Assembly (NCBI GenBank): GCA_000708835.1
Contig: DF237166.1
Span: 73,870 to 137,869, forward strand
DNA from: Klebsormidium nitens
Taxonomy: Eukaryota > Plantae > Klebsormidiophyceae
Reading direction: 5' to 3'
Length of the DNA: 64,000 nucleotides
Under the pieces are notes generated by a model. That model had not been told where the DNA came from and did no database searches. It saw only the letters and a program-made list of their open reading frames with translations. Within the stretch, counting starts at the first letter, position 1. Each line of letters opens with the position of its first letter. The translations under genes and the position numbers were made by a program. Shown piece by piece: positions 37,701 to 50,308 of this stretch.

Positions 37701-38742
37701 CTACGCACTCGGGGCGGGGCTTTTCTACTTTCCCCACCACTTCCAGCTGCGCTATCCGGCGCTGCTCGGCGCATCGACGGCGGTCCCCGACTTCTTCTGG
37801 CAAATGCTCGCGAATGTGTACTACGCTTCTAGCGTCCTGTTCTTCGTGCTCAAGGTGGGGCCGCTTTCGTTTCACTCTTTCAGAATTTCGATAGTAAAAG
37901 TACCAGTGGCGATATTTTTGGTCTTTCGCCCCACTTCTTTCGGCAGATACTCGCGAACGTGTACTACGATTCTAGCGTGCTGTTTTCGTTGTTAAGGTGA
38001 AGCCGCTTTTGTTTCGCTCTTTTAAGATCTTGTAACGAGAGCACTAGTGGCAGTAATTGTGTCGCCTATCCAGCATTCGACTTCGTCTGGCAAGTCTTTG
38101 CAAGCTTCCACACGGCCCTCTTTGCTCTCACGCCGGAAGATGCATGAGGATCGAAATTTTAATCCCAACATGACGTCGCTTGCTTCCGCCAATGCTTCCT
38201 TCAGCCTGGTGCTTGAGGGGGATGACCCTGAAAGTCTTGCTTTTCCTCTTACTTCAAAGCGCCTGTGTATGTGGAATGGACTAATATTCTCGCTTTTATG
38301 TTGAGTTACGGCTATGTTGAGTGAGGTCATGCCCGGGGGACGGGTGGGGTTACTTTGGGGGTTTAGAGTGGGTACGGGTGCGGAGCATGTTAACTTTGGG
38401 TTCAGATTCTAAGTTTGTTTGAGCCCGGGGACTTGATCAAACTCAACATAAAATCGAGACGTAAGAATGGACTCGCTCACCTGCTCGGCGGCATATACTT
38501 ACGTTATCCGTTTTGCCTTGCAGGACGCATCCGAGCGGGGTCGCCTGGCCGCGAGCACGTTCAAGAACCTCAACGCCAGCTTCGCGGCTGCTTCGCTTAC
38601 GATCCTACTCAACTTCGTAACCGAGTTTTTGAAACTGAACCACAGCATAGGCGATGTCGGGCTGGGCTGGTCGTTCCAAGTACTGGTTTTGGGGCTTGTG
38701 TTTGTAGTGACGTCGTACAACTACTTGACAGCCCGGAAATGA
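34711..38742 (+). CDS. Multi-pass membrane protein of unknown function with two internal repeats (LKDA-x4-RL-x3-T[YF]K-x-LN); possibly plastid-targeted
   Basis: Supported exons: ..36323, 36710..36846, 37533..37854 and 38524..38742 with consistent phases and several hydrophobic helices. The N-terminus (candidate transit-like MAALAATLPAKP at 34711) and the acceptor near 35960-36025 are uncertain. Confidence 0.7.
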
Positions 38743-40439
38743 CACAGTTTGTTGTTTGAATTTTTCGCTTACATGCTCCAGACCAACTCACAACATAGGC
38801 GATGTCGGGCTTGGCTGTTCCTGTTCGTTGTTACGTCCTAGCCTACAAGCAGCCAATAATTTGTGTTGATAGGATTTTGAAACCAGGACCCGCAGGCTAT
38901 CTGAAGCAGCTCAAAATGCATGCGCGCACGTCTACTTATGAACTATGGCAAGAAGTTGTTCTTGACGAAGCTAAGGTCGTTGTAAGAAGGAAAACGATAC
39001 ATTCTAAGTTCAGTGGCACCTCCGATTCCGAGCTTCCTTTTCCGTTGTCCTGCGTGCACATGGTTGGCGTGACAACGTTTACAAATCGACATGAGGCCAG
39101 TCGGTTGCATGAGCACTTGAAAGGCATTTCAAGTTTGACAGATCATTACAACATCATGCATCATGCTTCTTGACAGCTGTCACGGCAAGATCGACTAAAG
39201 CTAGCGATCTGAGTAAACCAGACGAAAACTATATGATTGAGCTAATTGCTGCTCGATCGCATATGTGGCAATACGCGTTTAGTTCGCTCTCTAGCGAGTA
39301 TCGTACAGATCCACATGGTACTACATAATTTGCCACTGGATTTCCGACGTGATCAAGCATGTATAGGCGGCTATATAGTGTCACTTCCAAGAGCTCGGAT
39401 TGCATCGAGGGGGCATGCACTGCAAACTTATATATAGCCGTCTAGCATATATAAATGCCATATGCAGCTGCATATGGCATTTATATATGCCCTATACCAA
39501 GGATCAACCGGCATCGTTGTATCCGGGCGGCCATCTTCTCTAGGAATGACCATGTGTTAATTCAGACTTATGCGTACGGTAGCTTATATATCAAGATTCC
39601 ACTACGTACTATGTTCTATAAACATCACGTGAATTCTATCGCTTTCTAAAAAGCTCGTCAATGTCAGGCTGCACTCACCATCGAGTAGGTAGGTCACCAG
39701 ATTGGCACAAAGTCACAAAGGAATGAGACGTTGTTTTGTGGCTTAGCAAGTCGCGGAGGGATCCCCTCAGATCTACCTTGATAGCTAGATCAACCGGTGC
39801 CTAGGTCTGTCGATCGGGTGAAAGTCGATCACGCCGATCCATGCCCCGGTAGGGTGGCCGATCGACCGGTGGAAGTAGCGCGGCCCAAAGCGCTTCAGAA
39901 GTTAAGTTAAGACTGCGCCCGGTTCACAACTTACCGGGACAATATTATTGCAATTCCACCGACCAACCTTCCGCCCCATGCACTGCCTAGACTCGGCCGT
40001 GCTGCTCAATGCGCTGCAGCCTGCATGCAAGGTTATATGCGTATATATATCTGATATATCTTATATAGATAGCCTCGCATATAGTAGTCACATGGTTCGA
40101 GACAGCAACGGCGTGCGCTTTGGGCTGAGCTTCCACAAGGAGGTGGCATTTGAGTTATGTAGTACAAAAGCGTAGAATCCATGAGCTGAATGTAGACGTC
40201 GCAGGTGGGGCGCAGATTGACTGCTTCAACGTAGCCAACAGCATTGACTTTGCTTCAAGTACTGCATTTAGGATGCGCTGATTGTGAGTTTCTGTCCACC
40301 ATTTCGCAATTGAACAGTCCAAATCCCTTCTCTGTAGCTGTTAGTTGCGTGCAGCAGCCAGTTCTTCGCTTGACAAAGAATACCAACAAGAAGACTGCAC
40401 AAGATTGAAGTGCTTCTGCTAACACGGTTGTTCAAAAGG

Positions 40440-43400
40440 ATGTCTTCCTACGACCAGGCTGGTGAGTACTCAACACTTGCTCTACTTCAAGACAAGGACT
40501 TGTTCAATGAATGATTAAGAAGCTTTAGCTCCCATTGCAGCATTGGAGGTCTCTGGCAGGACTTACGTGGCAGGTATGAGCCAACAGTCAGCTTCCCCAT
40601 TTCATGCACTTTGAAGTCTCTGTTCAGCAAAACACAGTCTGATAGATAGATTATCAGACACATCTCTGGAAGATTATACATTCTGCTAGTCACTGCACAA
40701 CGCTCATGACTTGCAAATCCTCTTCTCTGCAGATCTGAAGGACATGGAGGCTGTGCATGAACTGGTGAGACACCTTACCAATCTGCTTACTACATGCATG
40801 ATGTTCACACCTTTCACAGCTTCTTCAAGTACAAAGCCATAGAATGCTCCAAACAGCATCTCCACGCAATTCATTCTTGGAAGAGCGCTCTTTGGTGTTC
40901 CATGCCACAATTGATGCTTAAAAGCCAATTATGCAGGGCAGGACAGATAGGAAGAGGCTGATATGAGGACGTGCTTTGCGCAAGACTTCTAGCCTACACC
41001 AAACAATGGACACATTTGGACAGATTTAGACACATTGCCCTTATGTCATCTTTGTCCAAGAAAAGCAAAAAGTCACGACCTGATCTGGAGGTTTTGTATA
41101 GCCCTCCCATGTCTGTTGGGGCGGCAGCTTTCAGTCAAGCATGCACTTTCACCAACCGACACTTGTCTTTTTTCTATGTCCAGGAGCCAATCAGAGTCAA
41201 CGGTTGCGACATTCGGGTCACGACGTCCGGGCTAGTGCTGCCGGACGCCTTGGCTGCAATCTTCCAGCCAGTGGACAACCACATGCAGCTCCTGAGAACA
41301 GCAGTCACAGCCGAGGCCATGGAGAGATGGGGCTACGACGTCAGGAGCGTGAAGCTCGCAAACCCTTACAAGCAGTAAGTATCCAGATGAGGCTTGAATG
41401 GGCCCCGGACCATGCATATTAGCATATGGTCTACAAGGATTTTGGGGCCGTGGCATACGGCATATCGGCCAAAAACTGATTTGGCATCCGGCATATTGGC
41501 ATCTGCAATATGCCAATATGTCTAAGATAGTCTAGTATAACGTGTTTTCTGGCCCTGAATGGCGTACACTTCGATTACGAATGTTCTGACATGTTCTGGC
41601 TTATCTAATCCGTTTATCAAGCTAGGTATGAGCAAACAATAGCAACTATTATTTAGACCGTATACATCATATACCAGCAGGTTTTGTGAGGTTATGTGCT
41701 TTTAAAACGGAAAAGTCGCTTTTGGATTATACTGAAAACTTACACAAAAACGCAAAAAACTTCTCGTGAATGCAAGGCGTATATTAGATGGACCAGCTCG
41801 CTTATGGTTCGCGGTTGAGTAGGCTTCCCCGAGGTCCACAAATTCGGCTGGTACCATACGGGCCAGCCAAACATTACAAGCTCACCAAACGAAGTTTCTC
41901 GCATTTTTGCTATCATAAATGGTGGAATTTGATGTTCTTGTAAGTAGTGATTGAACCTGTTACACTCAGCTGCCTCGAAACAGTAAATCGGCATGAAAAT
42001 TTAGTGTCTGCCGTCGTTTTTGAGCCGCATACGGCCATTTTCAAGTCAAAAAACAAAGATTTAGCATATATGCTGATTGCATATAACATAACCCAAAAAG
42101 AGGCGCTCGGCATATGGCAGAACGGCCAAAAACTCGGCTGGCATATGGCATATTGAAGTCGAAATATGCATGGTCCGGGGCCCACTTGAACACTACAGAT
42201 ATAGTGCCGATAAGTAGACTGGTCACAAGCTGGTGTACAAGGTTTGCAAGGTCTTGGGAGAAGCTTCCGTGAGGCTGTCTTCAAGAGTTTCTTGCCTTTT
42301 GAGAATGGCATGGATCAAGACTGCGAGGTTCACTTGGCGGCAGGTGGTTTGACCATCGGAGGAGCAAGTTAGCACTGTTCAAAAGCTATCTGAAGGAAGG
42401 ACAAAGCAGAGGGCAGATGTCAAATAGTCATGGCTGTACAGCTGGTTAGTGGTACTGACAGCTGTCATTGGTGGCATTAGTTGAGGGCATTGCCAGTCAG
42501 AGGCTGAGCGCCAACTTGCACCGTCGTTTTTCCCTTGTCGACTTCAGCAAATACAATTACGACGCATCAATCTCTTGCGAGGCCATCTCGACAACTTGTG
42601 GAGTCCTTTGGACCTATTGAGAAGCATATGAGCGAAAAGGACTTGGTTTAGGAGCACCACTTAGGAATTCTAAATCAAAAGTTGTTTGCAATCAAAGCGG
42701 CACAGCTGGCAAGTGGCAGAGACAGCTGGCGCGTGAATGGAAGGGGTTGTCTGACAGCTGTCACCTCTGTCCTAAAACTGGTCAGCAGCAGACAGATCTT
42801 TGTACAGCTGGCATCTTTTGATTTAATTCAAACTGGCATATACGGAACCCTTGCAAAGCAACCCTTGCATTCGCATCTTTTTGTGGGGAACGAGCAAGAG
42901 GAACCGTGCTTTCTTCACCCACCTTTGGGCCCAGTCTTGGATATTCTCGCCTTGAGGATGACAAACCCGCACAAACAGAGTTCTTTGTTTTGCAGCCGCA
43001 GTGCGGTACTCCGTTTTCCGCATTTTTACCATCGCAAACTAATTGTTCTTTTATAGAGAACAGGAAAGAAAGTCTTGATAGCTGCAAATGAAATGCAAGC
43101 ACCTGCGGAGAAGCGAGTCCTCTAAATTTACCAGACATTTAAGCTGGAAATTTCGATTTTCTACTTATGTTGGAGTAGGCAGGTCTGTAGCTTCCACGCA
43201 CTCCATCGTTTCCTAGCGCACACGCACGCAGACGAGCCTTGTGAGTGCAGAATGCGAGGAGAAAAGGCCGAAAAATGCGACAAGAGGCGCCACAACTTTC
43301 TCAAGCTCTACTGGCAAAAACTGGAGGATGAGTACAAGCGGATACGGAAGGTAAGAACTACGAGTACACTTGAACTTAACCGTGCGGTTGCGCCTGAGCA

Positions 43401-46400
43401 CTCGTATCTGCACGCTTCTGTTAGGCGCGAGATGCGAAAGCCCCTCATGTTTGACAAACCGGTTGGATACTCGTTGGCCCCAGCTTACACAGGTTTGATC
43501 ATGAAGGTCAAGGAAGCGTGTGTATCTCTTCAGGCACGAGTTTTCTGATAAATTCTTGCATGTGGCACCCGTTCAGCTCTCTCTTTGAGGTCATAGGACC
43601 GATCAATCCGACCAGACACCTTGTTCATCTACATAAAATCTTGATTGGGTCGAGAAGCTCTCGGCTGAAGGTACTCTGGAGCTAGTCGGGTCCGCTTATC
43701 CAACGGGTCCATCGTAACAATCAGATCAATCGCTGACGGCATCCTGAAACGCTTCTCACTTGATGGCCTCAAACACAGTCACTTAGACCAAGTCGCCCCA
43801 CATGTTCGATTGGGCCAGAAGATTCCTCCCAAACCTTGGTGTTCTTCTCTCTTTTGTGACGCACATGGATCGGAGCATAACAGATATGTTAAGGATCGAA
43901 ATATGTTTGATCATGCATACTGTATCAAAACTTCGGCATATAAATACCGATTGGTGTGGGCCGCAAGGTTCCCGTTCTTGGCTGACGTCACACCTCGTTC
44001 CTCCAAGCTCCGACTGGTGAAAACATAGTCGGGTTACATTTTCACCGCTGACGTCATTGCGGAACCCCACAGGCGGCCTTTATGAAGAGGAAGCGCTCCC
44101 GGCCCTACTATCAATGCCGCGACCAGCGCGCCATTCAGATGCCACGTGTCAATTACGGATCCCAAGGGATGGACGGTGGGGACAAGCCGGGAGACTGGGG
44201 GCGACAGTCTGGGAGCGTGAGCGGCGAAACGGCGAAAGAAGAGGACGGAAGAGAGGGAAAGGAGGGTTCTACGCGCCGGTGGGTTTCCGGAAGACGAGCG
44301 GAGCAGAACGGAAGCGGAACCGAGAATCCAAATGGGAACGGGAACGGGAATGGAAACGGCAACGGAAACGGAACCCGGATTGAGAGGGAAGCAGCGGAAC
44401 GGGGGAATGGCAGGGCGGGTGTGGTGACGCCGGAGCCGGAACAAGGGGATGGGCCGCGGAACAACGGAGTGCGCAGCGATGGAAAGGCTGTAAGCTGCGA
44501 GACAAGTGCGAGTGAGGAGGAAGGTTATACGATTCCAGCAGAGTCGCTCAACTCAGAACACTTTCGGACTGGAGTCCAGGAGCTCCTTGCGAGAACAAGA
44601 GATATGAAGGCAAGGAGCGTCGCCGAGAAGGCGGGCAACGGGCACAGCGGCTGGGGCGCGGTCGAGATATTGACGGAGGCGATCGAGCGGGAGCTAAACG
44701 GAGTCGAGAGGGTACTTTCAGTGGCGGTGGAAGGAAAAGTTGGGGACGAAGAAGCGCGAGAAATCGGTCGGCACATGATGAGGGTCCAGAAGCTCAATTC
44801 CTTGGAGAGTTTCCACGAGTTGCTCGCCAGTGAGACGGAAGCCGGCGGAATGGGCGGCGATCGGATTCCGGCGAAAGCCCCGGAGGCGAAACAGCCGGAC
44901 GACTACCTAGAGGGCATCGCGCAACTTTTCGCAGAGAAGGACGCAGAGGAGGCGAGCAAGTCAGCGAACGCAGGCGACAACGATGGGTCCCCAAACGATC
45001 CCGGAAACACGAGCCCCCCGGTGAAGCAGCAGTCGTTCCGCCCAGAGATTGCGGCTCCTTTCGTGGAGCGCTCTCCTAACTTTCCCACGCGCAACACCTC
45101 TGTCGCGGATGGCTCGGACACATGCCAGACCTTGGGGAAGGGCGGCCGCGCAAGCGCAACTACCGGAAAGGAGAACGCTTCGCCGATGCAAAGTCTTAGC
45201 GACAACCAGAGCGGGGAGAAAGGTTTTGGAAGCGGGAGCAACGCCGGATTTTCAGATGAAGGGGAAGGCTCTGAAGCGGAGGATGACTCCGGCCGATCAG
45301 AAAACAGGGCCGGCTACGGCCACCGGTCACGGAACGAGTCCAATGGAAAATGGGAACCTGGATTTGTCCCACTTGTAGCTGGAATCGAGCGACATGCAGT
45401 TGGAGTCATACAGCGGTATAGCAGGGCCTTTGGGAACGCCAGCATAGGTGAGGAAAATCAATGCGAGAGCGAAGCCGTCCAGGGGGGCGGAAGGGGGGCT
45501 AAGTTGTACCCTGCGCCCGGGGAAAGCCTTCCGGGGAGCGTGAGCGTGGGCCAGAAGAAGGGGCCGGGAAGCCTTCGGAGCAGCGTGGGGTCGAGTGGGG
45601 CTGTCAGCCTACAGGGGAGCCTCAGCAGAGCTGTCAATTCACAGAATCCCATCAGCAGGGAGCAGGTGATGCGGTTGGCGGACCCGCTGTTGGCCGTCTT
45701 TGTGGACCTCACCGGCGGGGTAAGTTTTACGAAGCTCGTACATCGTGAACCGTGGTTAGCTGCGTAAATGTCTCTTGGTATGGCAGCTCTGGGAGGAGCG
45801 CGTAAAGAACGTCTCAGCTTGGCTCTAAGATGAGCTTCGAATAACGCGGACGTGCAATTGCGTGGGCGTCCATTTCTGTTGCAGGGGCCGGACATACCTC
45901 GTCAATGTATCGTTTGTCAGAATGGTTGATGGCAGAATGGTAAAGAAGTCTTAATTGCGCGATTCCTGCACCGTCCAACCGTTAATCTTTAGACAGCCCA
46001 AAGCCTGAGGAGACGTTGAGCATCTGTTGCATCACTGCCGAGCAATTTAGAACGAGGGTCTTGTTTCCCTGCAGGACCGAGCAGCGGCCATGCGTATGTT
46101 TCATTGGGCGATCGAGCTTTCGTCTCTGCCGCTGCATCTGCGGTGGGTTTACATTCTGCAAATTGAAGTGCTAGGCTTCAAAGAGACCAGGAATTGTCCC
46201 GCAAATCCATTCGAGCGTACGTGTGGAAGGCAGCCCAGATAAAGTTTGCATCCGTTGTATCGGCCAGCCTTCGAGCTCTGCATCTACCTACATCCATTGA
46301 TACTTGCATCGACCCTGATCCCATTCTAAACGCGCTCGACGGCAGCTGCAAACGCTGCTGCCAACGTGGCGCAAAGTAGCAACCTGACTGGTCACATCGA

Positions 46401-47860
46401 CTGCTGACGGGGCCTTTTGACCTGCTAGTACGCATTCCTCGCTAGCAGGTCAAGAGTGTTCGGCAATCAGTGCTGAGTGACGAGGCGCACCTTCCGTGCA
46501 TCGGCAGTTGACTTTGGCCGCAGAATCGATCTCAGGCAGCTGCAACAAAGCTTGCTCGTTTCCTTTGTTCGACCTCTAAAAGACCGTTTGCCACCTGTTA
46601 GGTACTGATTCTCCTTCAGACGGGCTCTCAAACTCGTAATGTATCCTCCATATACCAACCTCTTACTGAAACCAGCATGGGGTTTCCAGGTCTCAGATCA
46701 TTGGGCCAGAGCATACGATCGAGGCCAACTTTGATGAGGTCTGCGGCACGCTCTGCACCGCGCTGGCGGAATCGCCGCCGGAAGCGGAACCGATGCTGAT
46801 GGCGACGGTGGCGGAGGCGGCCGCGAGAGCGGAGATGCCGAACGCGTGGCGGCCGCGATTACCCCTCCTGGCCAAGTCCCTCATCGACGTGGACCAAAAA
46901 CAGCGCTACAAGCGCTGCCCGGACGACCTGTTTCATCTCATGAAGAGGATCGGACAACTAGAGTGAGTCAGATTCGTGAAAGTGGGTCGACATCTTGTTT
47001 TCGGATGCACGAAGCTGCTAATCTTGCGTGCCGGTTCGCTTGCGACGACTCTCTTTTTTGGGTTCCGGGCGTTGAGGGCAAAGGCTGCCAGGACGCAAAC
47101 CCACTGTCTGTAACAAGGATAAGATTTTCAACGGCTTGTCGAATGAATGCTCAGCCTTATGTGTAGGCAATTATACGTGATGTTCCTATTCCGCTTATCG
47201 AGCCAATTCTTGAATCAGTGTACCTTTACCCGCAATTGCAGCAGAACAGCATGATTTCTGCGGCTGATTGTCACCTTGGAGATGCACCTGCTCTAAATTT
47301 GAAACGTACTGTAGTATCCCATAGTCACGCAGACTCGACCTTTCCCGGAAACTTCTACGAAAAGTGGCTTGTCTACTGTTTAGCATGCCGTGACGTGCTC
47401 TTGACGGCACATGTTGCCCCTATACGGGCCAGATTGCCCTTGCGGTTGATTTAGAGTTTACTTACCTTCACGAGATCGAATCAGATATTAATCGCACCTA
47501 ACATGCTACTCGCAAACCCGTGTACACCTGTGCCGCATCTGACGTTTCTTCCACCCCTGCAGGACCGACCAGCCATGCCATCCAAGGCTCGCAAAGAAGC
47601 CGCCCTTTGAGGGCCCCGGGCACTTTACGTGGGGCCAGACGATCCTTCGCTATCTGGGGATGAAGTTCGCCAACGTTCTTTGGTGCCTGTCTAGATCCCG
47701 GAGAGATGCGGACCTGGAGCCGGGCAGTTTGGACAGGACGACAGACTCCGAGTTCATCCGGGCCGCAAACGAGCTGTGCTATGACGGCGGCAATGTCAAG
47801 GTGTTCGGGTACGTGGAGCGGCTTCGGCAGCAGCCTTTTGCTTTTGCGGAAATGACTTAA
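40440..47860 (+). CDS. Uncharacterised protein, paralog A of convergent pair
   Basis: Exons 40440..40461, 40541..40573, 40733..40764, 41184..41374, (one unresolved junction), 43232 or 43251..43350, 44073..45719, 46075..46142, 46690..46962 and 47563..47860. Phases are consistent and homology to paralog B is clear. The 5' end is uncertain. Confidence 0.8.
41399..42184. mobile_element. 786-bp non-autonomous TIR element (MITE-like), TG..CA termini, 6-bp TSD
   Basis: Perfect 22-bp TIR tgggccccggaccatgcatatt (41399-41420) / aatatgcatggtccggggccca (42163-42184). Direct repeat cttgaa at 41393-41398 and 42185-42190. Subterminal ggcata(t)ggca and ggccaaaaact repeats. Confidence 0.9.
44329..44375 (+). 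repeat. Coding hexamer repeat encoding (NG)n
   Basis: NPNGNGNGNGNGNGT within the large exon of paralog A. Confidence 0.8.
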
Positions 47861-50308
47861 GATTATTCTGGGGAGTGACTGGTGATGCTTTTGAGACTGA
47901 GATACTCTTGGGTTTGGGGAGAGACTAAATCAGTTGTGGGCAATGAGCTGAAGTGTAATCGACAGAATGGGCTCAAACAATTGGGGGCTTTTGGCTGGAC
48001 TTAGAAGCAGAAAGGTGACTCTGAAGACTTGCGAAGGCGTAAGTGATGCATTATTGCTTCAAATTGGACCGACGCTACGGGGTAGACAGTGAAGCGACTT
48101 AGAATGAGAATAGAGTACGTGCTGTTTATGAATCAAGTTGAAGGAGGATTTGTTAGACGAGCAGGTCGGACGATAGTGGTTACGGTGGCCTTTGAAAAAC
48201 GCAGTTGCCGCTAGCTGAGAAGGGTACAGGCTGCTGCGCCAGAGAATCATTGATTGGCTTCCTTGAGGGGGCTCGGTGTTTCAACGTGCATGCTGAGCTC
48301 ATCATCCTTGAAAACCGCAACTATGCCGTGTAAGTTGATACGTAGTACTAGTTTCGGATTGCCTTGGCAGCATTCCGTTTTACGTAAGTCGGCGGCGGCC
48401 CTGAGCTACTGAGCATGGGTCGATTGAACACCTGGCGTTACAAGATCTGGACGCCTTCACTAAATCTATGTCACGTGTATCCAGATATGCGTATGAACTT
48501 GAATCCTGGCGCGCTACGTTGAAATGTGTGCCCTGCACGTGCACATGCTGCACCTAGACAAAATTGTTCTTACTCATTGAGTTGGTGACACGGCATGGAA
48601 GGTATTCCCGAGAGTCGCGGACGGACATCAACCATGTGCGTCAGGACGCTGATCGTGCATACAGACCGCATGTGATACTCTATACATGTGGGACTCAGCA
48701 TGAGCCACAGTGTAAAGCAGTTCAATAAATCTCACCATAAGTTGAAGGCAGGACCAGCACGCCCTATAATTTCAATGAGGACATTACCCAGCACATGATA
48801 TATATCATGCAAGGGCAAGTTTAGATGTAAGATTGAACATGCGCATGCCGTGGCGCGCTTTGCAATCGCGGTGGCACGTCATTGTCGAACCGCAACTTTC
48901 GTGTTCGTTAAGCCGCGGGCCCAATGAGTAGTTGGTCGACAGCACAGCCCGCCGCGCTGCCATAAAGCCTGATGATCTCACGCCTGTTCCTGATCATGCA
49001 GCCTGGGCCGCCTGCCATCTTTCGATTTTAACGGCCTCTGACTATGGCAGCTTTGCTGATCTCGAATATATGTGACCGAATCTACTAAAGCTAGAGCCAT
49101 CAATAACGTGGACGTTGTCGGCCCGTCATGCTGAGTTGGGTCGATAAATTCACCTGCGTTCAGTGTTGGAAAGGCAAGGTGGGTCAAAAACGGAATGTGA
49201 CCGGACTATAGACAAACATGATGATCCGATCCTTAATGCTCCTATGTTTCATTATAAAACCCATCTGCTAGTCCAAAACAACCTGCCAGGGTATATACCT
49301 ACATATCGGATGTCACATACGTATACTTAGCTTGCACAGTAAATGATCTCGCGATTCACCACGAGTGCCCCGGTACCCCGGAAGAAAATATCAGGTTTTA
49401 ATGATGCATGCAGGGCCACCCCCAGTTATAAAACATCCGTAAAGCCTACTATAAGAAGGGTACAACAACATGCCCTGAACATGTACGTGCCTTTCATGCA
49501 CGTTATAAGCTAGCTTGGCCCGCACGTATACATCGGCGGCAGGGAGGCTAGCTGTTGACAAAATGCCACGACTCGGACGATCAATATGAGCAAGACCCGG
49601 CTTTGACCGGACTCAGGCTCATATGGCCTCCATCGCTCATGGTTGGGCCTCGCGGACATCATACCGATAGAATCAATGGCAGCTAGCCGGGCATGATGGT
49701 TCGGTGGGCCATCCTTGTCGCGTCACTTCATGTGCTGGCAGGTTGGCCCGCTCATTTCAGGCTCGTGATAAATTGGACTTGGAGCATCACACGCAATACT
49801 GGCCCCGGATCCGCATGAATGATCATGCAACTTTCCAACAGTAAGCAGTGCTTACATACTCTCTGATTGGAGAGTCACAATGTTGCAGATGATTACTGCA
49901 CGGGAGTACATCTAGCTTGTTGCGGTGCTGCCATTTACGCGTTCTCTTTTCTATGTCTATTTCAATGGGCAATTGTCGAGACCAGCATAGCAAAGACGGC
50001 CGCAATCTGCAACATCAGAATCTTCATTGACTGTTGGTAACTATATCGAACAGGATTCAGCTGTTGCCCCTGCTTTTTGACTTTGAGGAGTCACCAATCG
50101 TCTCCGTTTATCCGCCAACCTTTTAATATTTGATCTCGTCGTTAGTCCAACACCGCGCTTGCATGATGTCATATACAAACGGGCTAATGCCCCAGCCTGA
50201 CGCCCTACGAACAACATACGAGATACACAAAACTCACGGTTATGAACTCATGACCCGTAGCCTAGGGGCTTCTCTGCCGGCAAGCTCGTAACTCAATCGC
50301 TATCTCCT

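Noticed and set aside
41043-41090. ATG-initiated MSSLSKKSKKSRPDLE as first exon of paralog A
   Set aside because: Weak donor (gttttg); the upstream exons 40541..40573 and 40733..40764 have stronger sites and match paralog B's structure.
46066-46093. Similarity to the acceptor at 47563 suggested another echo
   Set aside because: It is a real 68-nt exon (46075..46142), the same length and phase as its counterpart in paralog B.
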